Source: Planctomycetota bacterium
GTDB lineage: Bacteria; Planctomycetota; UBA8108; SXIK01
Reading direction: 5' to 3'
NCBI GenBank assembly: GCA_965223265.1
Contig: OZ244999.1
Span: 4,992,001-5,056,000 of the forward strand
Length of the DNA stretch: 64,000 nucleotides
In this document: in pieces, positions 48,108 through 58,800 of the stretch
Numbering within the stretch: position 1 is the first letter of the stretch
Layout of the letters: every line of letters begins with the position of its first letter
Position numbers and translations under genes: made by a program
Notes under the pieces: generated by a model
What the model was told of the DNA's origin: nothing
Seen by the model: only the letters and a program-made list of their open reading frames with translations
Database searches by the model: none

Positions 48108-49157
48108 TCAGGAGAAGCGATTCGCGCCAAGCATCATCGCGACGAGGAGGACGGGCAGGTAGACCAGCGACACCAGGAGGACGCGCCGGGCAGCGGCATC
48201 GCTGCGACGGTAGGCGAAATCAACTGCGCACGCGAGCGCCAACGCGCCAACCAGCACGGCCACGATGCCATACTGCGAACCACACTGCCGGGTGAGGAAA
48301 GGAAAGAGACTGACGAGAACGAGAGCGATCGTGTTCGTGATCATTTGGCGCGCGACGATGCCCCCGCGGCGATCCAGGACCGACAGGATCGGATAGCCCC
48401 CCCGCGCGTAGTCGGAGCGAAACAGCCACGCAATCGCAAGAAAGTGCGGCAGCTGCCAGAAGAAGAGCACGCCGAAAAGCGACCATGCGGCGGATGAGAG
48501 CGAGCCACTCGCAGCCGCCCAACCGATGAGCGGCGGCAAGGCGCCCGGAACAGCCCCAGCAATCGTTGACAGATGGCTGAGACGCTTCAACGGCGTGTAC
48601 ACGAACGCATAGGTGATCACTGTCAAAGCGCCAAGAAAGGCGGCCAGAGGGCGACCGAGGGCTACGAAGTACGCAACCCCACACAGTACGCTCACCATGC
48701 CGCACCACCACGCAAGGATAGGGGAGATGCGGCCAGCGGCGACAGGACGCTCGCGCGTGCGAATCATTTTCTGGTCCAGGTCGCGCTCGATCACTTGGTT
48801 GAGCGTCGACGCGCCCACGGCCAAGAGCGCCGTCGCCAGCAAAGACTGAATCAGCAGCGCCGTCGTCGCTCCAGGAGCGGAACCGGCAGCGACGGCGAGC
48901 CAGAATCCCGCCGCTGTGGTCACCAAAACGAGCAGCCCAACCCGCAGCTTGCCGAGAACGCAGAGATCCTGCAGCAGCGACGGAGGCGAGGCAAGAAGGC
49001 TTGGACTGCAATCGCGATCGCCCGCGGCGACGGCGTCTTCGATGTGAGAGGCCGCGGTGGGGACGGACACCTCTGCGGCGGTAGACAGGCTCGCCACGTC
49101 GACGGAAGATACGTCGGTGGAGGATACGGTGATGGAAGATGATGCCGGCTTCATCAT
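48108..49157 (-). CDS. ctaB: Protoheme IX farnesyltransferase (heme O synthase)
   Basis: NQVIERDLDQKMIRTRERP, YTPLKR, GAVPGALPPLIGW and WQLPHF. Confidence 0.95.
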   Translation of the reverse strand: MMKPASSSITVSSTDVSSVDVASLSTAAEVSVPTAASHIEDAVAAGDRDCSPSLLASPPSLLQDLCVLGKLRVGLLVLVTTAAGFWLAVAAGSAPGATTALLIQSLLATALLAVGASTLNQVIERDLDQKMIRTRERPVAAGRISPILAWWCGMVSVLCGVAYFVALGRPLAAFLGALTVITYAFVYTPLKRLSHLSTIAGAVPGALPPLIGWAAASGSLSSAAWSLFGVLFFWQLPHFLAIAWLFRSDYARGGYPILSVLDRRGGIVARQMITNTIALVLVSLFPFLTRQCGSQYGIVAVLVGALALACAVDFAYRRSDAAARRVLLVSLVYLPVLLVAMMLGANRFS

Positions 49158-50203
49158 GCATCGCCTCCGACGAGCAGCGCCGACGGGAAGCCAGCCGCAC
49201 GCGATGGTGTCGAGAGAGTCGGCCCGGATGGTGGGTGAGCGGTTGGAGCCTCACCCGAAGGTGCCCCACCGGAAGGTACCCTACCGGAAGGTGGCGTGGA
49301 AGCTCGCTGCGCCCCGGTGTCACCAGCAACGCCGCGCATCCCGGCCCGCAGCCGAAGGGTTCGTGCGAGCAATACCACCGAAAAGACAAGCATGAGCGCG
49401 CCAGCGACTTGATGCGACGTGGCGATGACTTGGTGCAGCGTGCTGCCAGCGTCGTCGACGCCCTCAGGACGCGTCACGAACGCCGTCAGTCCCAGGAAGA
49501 ACTGCACGACAACCAGAAGCACAAGCACGGTGGCCGGCGCCAACAGAGGCGCCAACTTACTGTGACGCGAAAAAACGCGCGACGCGGTCAGCGCCACTAG
49601 TGTGAACACAACGAAAGCCCACACGATGTGAGGCACTTCCCCGACATATGCGTGTCGCAGGACCGCGCCAAAGAGAATCTGCAAATAGACAGAACCAACG
49701 AGGATCCACGCAGCGTTACGCATCCAAAAGGAGTCCTCGGCGCTGAGACGATCAGCCAGCTCGTCAAGGCGCTGCCACTTCGAACCACTAACGACCGTGA
49801 GCACCGTCACGAGCGATAGAAAGAACATCGCCAGCGCGACGTGGACAATGGAGGTCCACGGCGGGGTCTCAAAGAGTACCGTCAGGCCGCCCAAAAGTGC
49901 CGGCAGCAGCACGACGAACGCCGCCGCCCACGCAAGGCGACGAACCCAGCGTTGGAGGCGATGTCTAGTCGCCAAGAAAGCCACGCCCCAGGCCAAAAGG
50001 ATCACCACCGCCGCGACGAGCCGATGCGTGTGCTCGTACAGCTTGCCTCGATCGGCTCTCATCTCCTCGACCGAAGGCAACAGCTGACCGTCGAACGAAG
50101 GCCAATGAGGGTCCGCCATGCCCGACTCGGTGCTGGTGACGTTGGCGCCGAGCGTGATCAGCACGAGTGTCGCGACGAGAAGGATCTTGGTTGCCTTTGA
50201 CAT
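49154..50203 (-). CDS. ctaA: Heme A synthase (COX15/CtaA)
   Basis: GANVTSTESGM, WP, EHTHRL, LGGLTV, further His residues in TM helices, and context next to ctaB. Confidence 0.85.
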   Translation of the reverse strand: MSKATKILLVATLVLITLGANVTSTESGMADPHWPSFDGQLLPSVEEMRADRGKLYEHTHRLVAAVVILLAWGVAFLATRHRLQRWVRRLAWAAAFVVLLPALLGGLTVLFETPPWTSIVHVALAMFFLSLVTVLTVVSGSKWQRLDELADRLSAEDSFWMRNAAWILVGSVYLQILFGAVLRHAYVGEVPHIVWAFVVFTLVALTASRVFSRHSKLAPLLAPATVLVLLVVVQFFLGLTAFVTRPEGVDDAGSTLHQVIATSHQVAGALMLVFSVVLLARTLRLRAGMRGVAGDTGAQRASTPPSGRVPSGGAPSGEAPTAHPPSGPTLSTPSRAAGFPSALLVGGDA

Positions 50204-50439
50204 GAGAAGTCTTTCAAGCGACCGAACGCACGCAAGAGCGTTCAAGAAAATCGCACGGTGGAGACATCGCGGACGATGGATAAAAGAATCACGCTAGTCT
50301 GTGAAATCTGGTACCGAAGACCGTTCCGCCACTGGGTCTCGCGTCGCCCGGAACCCCAGACAGCCAGTTCGCCGAAGAACACGCGACGCGTCCGTCCGCC
50401 CGAAGACCCGAGAGCCACTCTCACCGTCGCCAACCGCAC

Positions 50440-52173
50440 TCAGGCGTGACCGAGCGCTTCCTCCTGGCGAGCGGCCTCGCCCTCCAGCTTTCTTGTCTGC
50501 GGCAAGTAGTCTTCCTCGACGACCGGCGAATTGAACTCATAAGGGCCACGGTAGACCGTCGGCACGGGATCGAAGTTCACATGTGCGGGCGGTGACGGCG
50601 TCTGCCATTCGAGGCTGTTGGCCTTCCACGGGTTGGAATCGGCAACCTTTCCCTTCTTCATGCTCCAGAAGAGATTGATCAGAAAGATAATCTGAGCCAG
50701 CCCAAGACCAACCGCCGACACCGTCATGAACACGTTCCACGACTGCATGTGAGCCCACGTCGTGGTCGTACCTGGTTCGACCGCATAGGCGGCGTAGCGG
50801 CGGGGCAAGCCAGCGGCGCCGACGATGTGCATGGGAAAGAATGTACAATTGAACGCGATGAAGGAGAGGAAGAAGTGTACCTTCCCCATCGTTTCGTTCA
50901 TGAAACGCCCGAACATCTTCGGGAACCAATAATAGGTCCCCGCAAAGACCCCCATGAGCGTACCACCGAAGAGCACGTAGTGGATGTGCGCGACGATGTA
51001 GTAGGTGTCATGAATCTGAATGTCGACGGGTGTGGCGGCCATGAAGATGCCACTCAAGCCGCCGATGACGAACATGGAGACGAACGCCAAGCCAAACAGC
51101 ATCGCCGACGTGAACATGATGTTGCCGCCCCAAAGCGTACCGAGCCAGTTGAACGTCTTCACGGCGGACGGCAGTGCGATCAGCATGGTGCCGATCATGA
51201 ACGTCGTGCCGAGCTTTGGGTTCATGCCGCTCTGGAACATGTGATGGCCCCAGACGATGAAACCGAGCCCGGCGATGCCCGCCATGGAATAGGCCATGGC
51301 GCGATAGCCGAAAACGGCGCGGCGCGCGAAAGTAGCCAGGACGTCGCTCGCCATCCCCATCGCCGGCAGGATCATGATGTAGACCGCCGGGTGGGAGTAA
51401 AACCAAAACAGGTGCTGCCAGAGGAGCGGCTGGCCGTCGTGCGTGAAGAAGGTCGTGCCGAGGTGACGATCGAGGAGGAGCAGGATCAGCGCCGAGGTCA
51501 ACACCGGCGTGCCGAAAAGAATCAAAATCGATGTAATGAACACGGACCAGGTCGTCAGAGGCATGCGAAAGAAGGTCATGCCCGGCGCACGCATCTTGAT
51601 GATCGTCGTGATGTAGTTGACGGCTCCCATGATGGAGGACGTTCCGACGATGATCAGGCTGATGCACCAGCACGTCTGCCCGGCTGAAGCGATGGTGCTG
51701 AGCGGCGGATACGATGTCCAGCCGCCCGCCGCCGGGCCGCCGTCGAGAAAGAAGCCGAGGAACATGATGATGCCCGCCGGCGGCATGATCCAGTACGACA
51801 GCCCGTTCATGAACGGAAATGCCATGTCAGCGGCACCGATCTGCAGCGGCACCACGAAGTTGCCGAAGGCGCCGACGAGGAACGGAATGATCGCGAAAAA
51901 GATCATCACCGTCGCGTGCATGGTGAAGAGTTCCGCGTAGGTCTGTCCGGTCACCTCGCCGAGTAGCGGCACTTCTCTGTCCGGCCAGGCGATACGGTAG
52001 CGCACCGCCAGCGCGAACAGACCGCCGATGATCAACATGACGACCGCGGTGAAAAAAAACTGCAGACCGATCGTCTTGTGGTCACGGCTGAAGATGTACC
52101 TGCCGATGAGGCCCGGCTCTGGATGCGCGTGGCTCGCGTGGGTCGCGGCTTCGCCGGTGGTCGTCGTACTCAT
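50440..52173 (-). CDS. ctaD: Cytochrome c oxidase subunit I (A2-type)
   Basis: DHKTIG, GWTSYPPL, FYSHPAVY, WGHHMF, HDTYYIVAHIHY and PRR. Confidence 0.97.
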   Translation of the reverse strand: MSTTTTGEAATHASHAHPEPGLIGRYIFSRDHKTIGLQFFFTAVVMLIIGGLFALAVRYRIAWPDREVPLLGEVTGQTYAELFTMHATVMIFFAIIPFLVGAFGNFVVPLQIGAADMAFPFMNGLSYWIMPPAGIIMFLGFFLDGGPAAGGWTSYPPLSTIASAGQTCWCISLIIVGTSSIMGAVNYITTIIKMRAPGMTFFRMPLTTWSVFITSILILFGTPVLTSALILLLLDRHLGTTFFTHDGQPLLWQHLFWFYSHPAVYIMILPAMGMASDVLATFARRAVFGYRAMAYSMAGIAGLGFIVWGHHMFQSGMNPKLGTTFMIGTMLIALPSAVKTFNWLGTLWGGNIMFTSAMLFGLAFVSMFVIGGLSGIFMAATPVDIQIHDTYYIVAHIHYVLFGGTLMGVFAGTYYWFPKMFGRFMNETMGKVHFFLSFIAFNCTFFPMHIVGAAGLPRRYAAYAVEPGTTTTWAHMQSWNVFMTVSAVGLGLAQIIFLINLFWSMKKGKVADSNPWKANSLEWQTPSPPAHVNFDPVPTVYRGPYEFNSPVVEEDYLPQTRKLEGEAARQEEALGHA

Positions 52174-52274
52174 CTCGTCTCTCGTTGACTCTCGCTCATG
52201 AGGATGGTGTCCGCTCAGGGGCGAACACCGCCGAAAGTGGAATTCTTTGTTGGATCGTTGCTTAGGGTTCGCGC

Positions 52275-53273
52275 TCAGTCACCCGGAGTGACCGGAGCCG
52301 GTCGGCGCGGGGCGCGCACCGTTCGCTTGTCGACGCCCTCAAAGGTCGCTCTGTGCTGTCGCCAGTCGTAGCCGAGTTGCTGCTGGAGCTCCTCGTTCGT
52401 CATGACGACCAGGTCCGCACGCATGGTGTAGTGGCCTTGGCCGCAGAGCTCGGCACAGGCGATTTCGTAGGTGCCGGTCTTCGTCGCCTCGAACCAGATG
52501 TAGCCCGGATAGTACGGCACGAGATCCTGCTTCACGCGCAGGTTCGGCGCAAAGAAGCTGTGCAGCACCGCCGCCGTCTCCCGGCCGCTCTCCTGGTCGT
52601 ACTTGGAGAGCGAGTTGATCTGCAGCAGGACCTTCGTGTTCACCGGTACGTGCAGGTTTGCTAACACCTTGTCGGCGCTGGGATTCGCGAGTCCGACCGG
52701 ATTGAAGCCAGGAAACTGATCCTGGAGCCGCGTCGGCTCGAACTTTCCGTCTGTCCCCGGATAAACAAAGTGCCAGTTGAACTGCTCGCCGAAGACACGG
52801 TTGACGAACACTTCTTCGGTCTTGGGATCCGGAAACTCCTGCTTGATGCGAATCCACGTGTCGCGCTGCACGAAGGCCAAGAAGATTAAGATGACCGCGG
52901 TCGCCAAGGTCCAGAACACTTCGAGCTTGTGGCTGCCGTGGGTGTAGACGGCTTTGCGGCCCTCGCGGTAGCGATACTTAACCATGAAGATTGCCATCAG
53001 CGCCAAGACGCCGATGAGGGTGATCGTGGTGATCACCAGGATCAGGTTGAAGAGCCAGTCGACATCACCGCCGTAGGTGGAGATGTTCTCGGGCAGCATC
53101 GACAGGGACGCGGCCGGTTCGCTGACGGCGTCAGCACCGGCAGCGTCTTGCGCGGACGCCGGTAGCGCCCAAGCACCCGCGACCGCCAAGAAGCCGGCGA
53201 CGAGGGGGCCGCGCCACAGCCGCACGGCATGAAATGGGTTCTCTCTTACGACGGACACGATGAATCGTCTCAC
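52275..53273 (-). CDS. ctaC: Cytochrome c oxidase subunit II
   Basis: Two TM helices, LEVFWT, QFNWHFVY, HSF and CuA motif CAELCGQGHYTM. Confidence 0.94.
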   Translation of the reverse strand: MRRFIVSVVRENPFHAVRLWRGPLVAGFLAVAGAWALPASAQDAAGADAVSEPAASLSMLPENISTYGGDVDWLFNLILVITTITLIGVLALMAIFMVKYRYREGRKAVYTHGSHKLEVFWTLATAVILIFLAFVQRDTWIRIKQEFPDPKTEEVFVNRVFGEQFNWHFVYPGTDGKFEPTRLQDQFPGFNPVGLANPSADKVLANLHVPVNTKVLLQINSLSKYDQESGRETAAVLHSFFAPNLRVKQDLVPYYPGYIWFEATKTGTYEIACAELCGQGHYTMRADLVVMTNEELQQQLGYDWRQHRATFEGVDKRTVRAPRRPAPVTPGD

Positions 53274-53309
53274 TCTTCGTTGTTCGTTAGTTGAATGAAG
53301 CCGGGCGGC

Positions 53310-54137
53310 TCAGAAGCTCACTTCACCAATGTCAGCGGCGGCACCAGCGGCGACCTCGACCTCAACGTCCTCGGGCTTCTTGAGTCCCGGTGCCGTTTCG
53401 TGCCAAAAAGAGATCGTGTACTTACCCGGCGGGACACCTTTGATCTCGAACTTGCCGTTCGAATCGGTCACAGCATAGCACGGGTGATCGACAACACAAG
53501 CCCAGGACTGCATCCAGGAGTGATAGTCACACTTGAAGGCATTCTTGCCTGTCTTCTTGAACCACTTCTTCTTGGTCAGAGGCTGGCCGGCGTTGACTCC
53601 TTCGTTGAACGGGCGTCCCGATTCGACCTTGACGTTGTGCGGAAAGGCGTCGCTGTTCTTGATCAAAATGTCTTGATTGACGCGGACCCCGAAGACGTGC
53701 GGCAAATAGACGCACCCCTTTTGGTCGATCGTCACCTGGCCAGACGGTGCAGGAACCTCGTAGGCCTCGTGAAGTCCCTTCGTCACCTCGACGAAGACGT
53801 CGCGCAGACCGCCGCCCTCCCCCTTGACGATCAGCTCCAGCTTCGGCGTTCCCTGCGGGTGCAGGTGCGCGCATTCCGCCTTGGCCGACATGTCGTAGTT
53901 TTGCATTGGCGGCACGTTGGCGGGCGCCTTCACGGTGCCGGTGATACTGCCGGTTTCGCTCGGCCAGGGCTTCTTGCTGACTGGCGGGGGTGTGTCGCCA
54001 CCGTCGCCACCGTCGCCGCCGTTTACAATAAGCTTCTCACTCTTCTTCTCACTCTTCTTCTCACACCCAGTCCCCACAACCAAAAACGAAGCAAAAGCCA
54101 GCATCGCGGCAAGTTGAAGCGCTGCTCGGAGTCTCAT
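53310..54137 (-). CDS. Lipoprotein with a cupredoxin-like type-1 Cu motif and a carboxypeptidase-regulatory-like domain
   Basis: Lipobox-like GTGC, DQKGCVYLPH, PHNV, CDYHSWM and TDSNGKFEIKGVPPGKY. Confidence 0.75.
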   Translation of the reverse strand: MRLRAALQLAAMLAFASFLVVGTGCEKKSEKKSEKLIVNGGDGGDGGDTPPPVSKKPWPSETGSITGTVKAPANVPPMQNYDMSAKAECAHLHPQGTPKLELIVKGEGGGLRDVFVEVTKGLHEAYEVPAPSGQVTIDQKGCVYLPHVFGVRVNQDILIKNSDAFPHNVKVESGRPFNEGVNAGQPLTKKKWFKKTGKNAFKCDYHSWMQSWACVVDHPCYAVTDSNGKFEIKGVPPGKYTISFWHETAPGLKKPEDVEVEVAAGAAADIGEVSF

Positions 54138-54259
54138 GATTTGTTCCTTTCTCACCTCGGGAGTTGCGTTCCCCGAGGGCTACAGTGAGTGAGTTTTGAT
54201 GGTGTCTTTGAAATCTGTTCTAAGAATCTCGCGGCCGTCCCAGCGACAAACTTCGAGGC

Positions 54260-55702
54260 TCAACTGAGCGCCTCGAGCACGCGCCAGGCCGTGCGCTCGG
54301 CATCGACGACACAGTCGTTGACGCCGACGCCGCGGTAGGCGTTGCCGGTGAGGCAAAGCCCAGGGATCTCGGCGCAGCGCGCGTCGATGCGCCTGAGTCG
54401 CGCGAGGTGCCCAACGTTGTACTGTGGGATGCCAAGAACGTGTCGGTAGACCCGCGTCACCGTCGGTTCGCCGCCGAGGCCAAGTAGCGGCCCGGCGTCA
54501 CTGGTGACGAGGTCGATCAATTCATCTGCGGTCTTGCCGACGGCCTCGGGGTCATGCGCGCCGCCGATCATGGAGCGAAGGCTGACGCTGCCTTCCGGAG
54601 CGTGATCGGGAAAAACGCTCGAAACCCAAATCGTTCCGAGGGTGCGCACGCCGCTGGCGCGCGGCGCCAAGAAACCAAAACCTTCGAGAGGGTGCCCCAC
54701 GTCCTCGCGGCGATAGCCAAGGCAGACGACGGCAATCGAAGCGTACGGAATCGCCTCAAGATCGCCGGCCAGCTCGGGCGCCACGCCAGCGACCAGAGAC
54801 CCGGCCTGACGTGCCGGGGTGGCCAGCACGAGCGCCCGCGCTGAGAACTCTCGGCCGCTCACGGCGCGCACGCGGAATCGAGGCGCTTCCGCGCCGGCGA
54901 GAGAGCTCTCGCCCGTAACGGTCACCGACTCGAGTGGCGAGTCCAGGATCAGCCGATCACCGAGCCCTTTCGCGAGCGCCTCCACCAGCTCGCCCATGCC
55001 GGAGCGAAACGAATAGAGCGTGCGCTCTCGGCGTTTCAGCTCGCCGTCCATGCCAGTGTCGCCACCCTTTTGCGCTCGACGGGCTCGCCCGCGTTCGCGG
55101 GCTTTGGCGAACATGCCGCGCACCAGGCTTCCGTGCTCGCGCTCGAGCGCCGCCAGACGCGGAAAGGCCGCTGCGACACTCAGGCGCTCGACGTCGCCGC
55201 CGAAGATGCCGGTGACGAGCGGGTCGAGAACGTTGCGCACGACTTCAGGCCCGAAACGGCGCGATCCGAAGGCCGCCACGGTTTCTTCGCTCGTGTCATC
55301 AGCATCGAATGAAGGCGCCGCACGGAACGGCTCCGAAAGCGCACGCAGGCGGCCGCGGAGCGACACGATGGGCGTTCGCAGCAGCCCCAGCGGCGAGCTC
55401 GGCAGGGCGCAGAGTTGACCGCCGGCGAGCACGAAGCGCTTTTTGGCGGCCGCATCGGCCACGACGAGTCGGTCGTCGAGGCCAAGTTCGCTGACGAGCG
55501 TGAAGGTTTCAGGGACGGTGCCTAAGAACCCGTTCGGCCCCCACTCGAATGTGAAACCGTCAACGTGGTCGCTGCGGATGTTTCCACCCGCGCGCGCCGC
55601 GCCTTCGACGACGGTGACGTCAAGGTCCGGCGACGCCGCGAGGAGACGGTGCGCCGTCACTAGACCACTCACCCCGCCGCCGACGATCAACACACTACTC
55701 AT
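54260..55702 (-). CDS. hemY: FAD-dependent protoporphyrinogen/coproporphyrinogen oxidase (HemY type)
   Basis: GGGVSG, GGNIRS, FEWGPNGF, GFGFL, IPQYNVGH and GNAYRGVGVNDC. Confidence 0.93.
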   Translation of the reverse strand: MSSVLIVGGGVSGLVTAHRLLAASPDLDVTVVEGAARAGGNIRSDHVDGFTFEWGPNGFLGTVPETFTLVSELGLDDRLVVADAAAKKRFVLAGGQLCALPSSPLGLLRTPIVSLRGRLRALSEPFRAAPSFDADDTSEETVAAFGSRRFGPEVVRNVLDPLVTGIFGGDVERLSVAAAFPRLAALEREHGSLVRGMFAKARERGRARRAQKGGDTGMDGELKRRERTLYSFRSGMGELVEALAKGLGDRLILDSPLESVTVTGESSLAGAEAPRFRVRAVSGREFSARALVLATPARQAGSLVAGVAPELAGDLEAIPYASIAVVCLGYRREDVGHPLEGFGFLAPRASGVRTLGTIWVSSVFPDHAPEGSVSLRSMIGGAHDPEAVGKTADELIDLVTSDAGPLLGLGGEPTVTRVYRHVLGIPQYNVGHLARLRRIDARCAEIPGLCLTGNAYRGVGVNDCVVDAERTAWRVLEALS

Positions 55703-55875
55703 GAAGGTCCAGAAGACTCTCATCAAGGAGACCGACTACTAAGATTCGGACGAAATCGAAGGGAACTAGCGCGGCGAACCACAATCGCTCCGCGCTTCGC
55801 TGGCTCATTCGACGCGTGGCGACGGTCGCGATCGCCCGGCTTCACCGGCACAAGTCCGCGACCAATCGTGCGCCA

Positions 55876-58800
55876 TCAATTCTCATCTTCTTTCGCAGCG
55901 TTGAAGGCGTGCATGTGCATGAGGTAACGAATCAACGCGTCGATTTTCTCTTTGTTCTCCGCCGACGGGAACTCCACCTCCCCTGGCTTCGCCATCGCAT
56001 CCCGCGTGCTGAAAAAGTTCGGCATCTTGGTGCCTGGCATGAAGTCCGGCGGGCTACCGAGCCAGTCGCCGACCCAATCGGGCCGCAGCCGCTCCGCAGC
56101 GAGGGCCAAGTCCGGTCCCCATGTGTCCTTTTCCCAACGTTTGCCCACCGCCCACTTGGCGCCGGCCGGTACGTTTTCCTCCGCCCACGCCTTGGCGGCC
56201 GCGACACTCTCAAATCCTTCCTGATGGCGGAATTCGCCGTTCTCGGACCAGACGACGTAGTCGGAGCTATCCGGAATGCTGAACTTGAACTGCTGCCAAT
56301 CGAACGCCTCCGCCGGTTCAAAGGTGGGGTAAATCGGCAACACGTCGCCCGACGGATGGCAGCCGTTACAACTCAGCCCGCCCGGCACCTTGTCCGACTT
56401 AGCAAAGAGCTCGTAGCCCCTCTGCACCGCCGCCGCGTCGTCACGGTCGGCATCGAAAACCTCGCCGTCAAAAGGCAACCCGGAGCGCACCTTGAACCAG
56501 CGCACGATCTTGCGCGAGTCTTCGGGTGAGAGGTGGAAAGAGGGCATCTTCACCTTGAGCCACGGCCGGATCGTGTCGACGTCGAGAAGGAAATCGAAGA
56601 GCCACCGGCTCCGCACGCGCTCGCCCTGGCGCACGAGAGGCGGCGGTGCGTAGGCGCGCTGCGTCACGTCAGTGCCAAAGTAGAAACGAATCTCGCCTTC
56701 GTGGTAGCCCGCTACCGGCAGCCTCTGCGAGTGCAGCGCATGCTTCGGCACACCCCGGGCCTCCGCGTCACGGATCGCCAGCTCAACCACCGAAATCGGC
56801 TCGTCGTCCGAGTCATCATCGTCGTCGAGGCTCATCGTCGAGTGATCGTAGACCTCCTTATTGAGGAGCGTGCCGAACGGCAGCTTCAGGCCGCTCGCAC
56901 CGGCTTTCGCCTTCGCGCTCAGCGTCACCTCACGGTTGAGCCACGTCTCCTTCTCGAGCTCGAACATGGCGACGACGTCTTCGCGATCCTCGTAGAGACT
57001 GAACGTCGGCAATTCATCGAGCGGCACGAACTGGTCCTCGGCGCCGATGCGGTGGCACCCTTGGCAGTTGAGCTTCTCAATGATGCGAGCGCCCTCTTCG
57101 AGAATCTTGGCGTCACCAGTCAGCTTCCGCTTCTTCGCCGGCTGCACAGGATCGTTGACCAACCCAACGATGAACGTGGCAACAGCCTCGACCTGGTCCG
57201 GATCGTCGTGAAACGCGAACAGCGGCATCTTGAGGAGCTCTTCCGGAGTCTTTTGCACCAGCTGCCGCGTCACGGCATACGTGTAGACGTCATCGTCGAC
57301 CTCTTGCTCCGCCGGGATCACGTCGAAGCGGCGCGTGTCGCTCAGCTTCGCTTCGATCCAGGCGTAACGGTTGCCGTGAGGAATCGCTTCGCGGCCCGAA
57401 TGCTGATGTCCCCAAAGGCCGTAGTCGAGGCGATCGGGAAGCTTGCTGCCCCAGCCGTTGAGCTCAGCGCCAATGCGCTGGGCTGCGTCCATGGAACCCT
57501 TGATGTCGATCGCCACTTCTTCGCCTGTGAAGTCGAACTGCGCGTCGCTAATACCGTCGTGGCAGGCGAAGCAGCCGTAACGACGAATGAGTCGCTGCCC
57601 GGCGAAGAGGAGCTTCTGTTCTGCGCTCATCTTCTCCAGTTTCTGGTTCGCTCTGGTGCGCCCGACGGCGGACTCACTCTTGAGGTAGTTGTGGACGAGG
57701 TCGTCGAGCTGCGCGGTCGACTCGGCGTTCATCGAGAAAGGCGGTAATGCCGCGAAGCCTGGATCCTTCAGCGCCATCAAGTAAGCCACGAGATCGGCGA
57801 CCTTCTGGTCGCCTCCCGGGTCGTCCTCGAGCCTGAGCCGCGGCATGATGGTGTTCGGGTCATGCGCGCGCGGGTTCACGATCCAGTCAGCCAGCCACGC
57901 GGCACTGGTGATCTTCGAGCCGAGACCGCTAAGATCAGGCGCCCGGGTGTTGTGAATCCAGCGATTCTGAATCGCGGTGATCGCCTGCTTGACCGCAGCG
58001 ACGTCAGCGCCGGCCTTCTCGATCTCGAGGGTGGGCATGATCACACGGCGGTGCTGTTCGACGACTTTCTCGCCGACCGGAAGTCGCTCGTAAAACTCAA
58101 CAAGGTCGAGAAGCGCGGCGAGCGCTTTCGTCGCTAAGCTCTTCTGGTCGGGAGCATCATGGACCGAAGCGCGCTCTGCTTCCGCTTTCTCCGCCAGGAC
58201 GCGTTCGGTCGTCGGGAATTCCGCACCGAGCCCGACCAGCTGCTCCTTCGCGGCGTCGACGAGCGCCATCAGGCTCTCCTCGGTGCCGCCAAGCTCGGGC
58301 GTCATGCTCTCGGACTTGACGCTGTGGCAGCCAAGGCAGCCGCTAGTGCGAAACACCTCACGGCCGGCTTTCGGGTCTCCCTGCAGCGCGGGATCGAGCT
58401 GATAGGTGAGAGCCAGCGGCAGGCTCGTCTCGGCAATGTATGTAGCGATGGCGAAAGCTTCGACCGTATTGCGTGAGTGGAAGTCGATCGACTCGAGCTG
58501 GCCGCCGCTGCGCTGCACGAGCATTTCGCCGCCACCTGCTGCGGCAGGATCCGCCGCATCGTAGTGGCCACCACTGTTGGTCAGGTCAAAGAATCGCGGC
58601 ATGCGCGCCGACGGTCGAAACTGCTGCGGATTGCGGATCTGCTGATAGACAAACTTGGCATCGGTCTTGGCGGTGAGGTGGGCGAGATGCGGGCCGACCT
58701 TCGGCTCCGCCTCAAAGTTCTCGATCTTGTGGCAACCGAAACAACCGTAGGTCTTGACGAGCTCGTAGCCGCGGTTCCAATTGCCGCCACCTTCGAGGCG

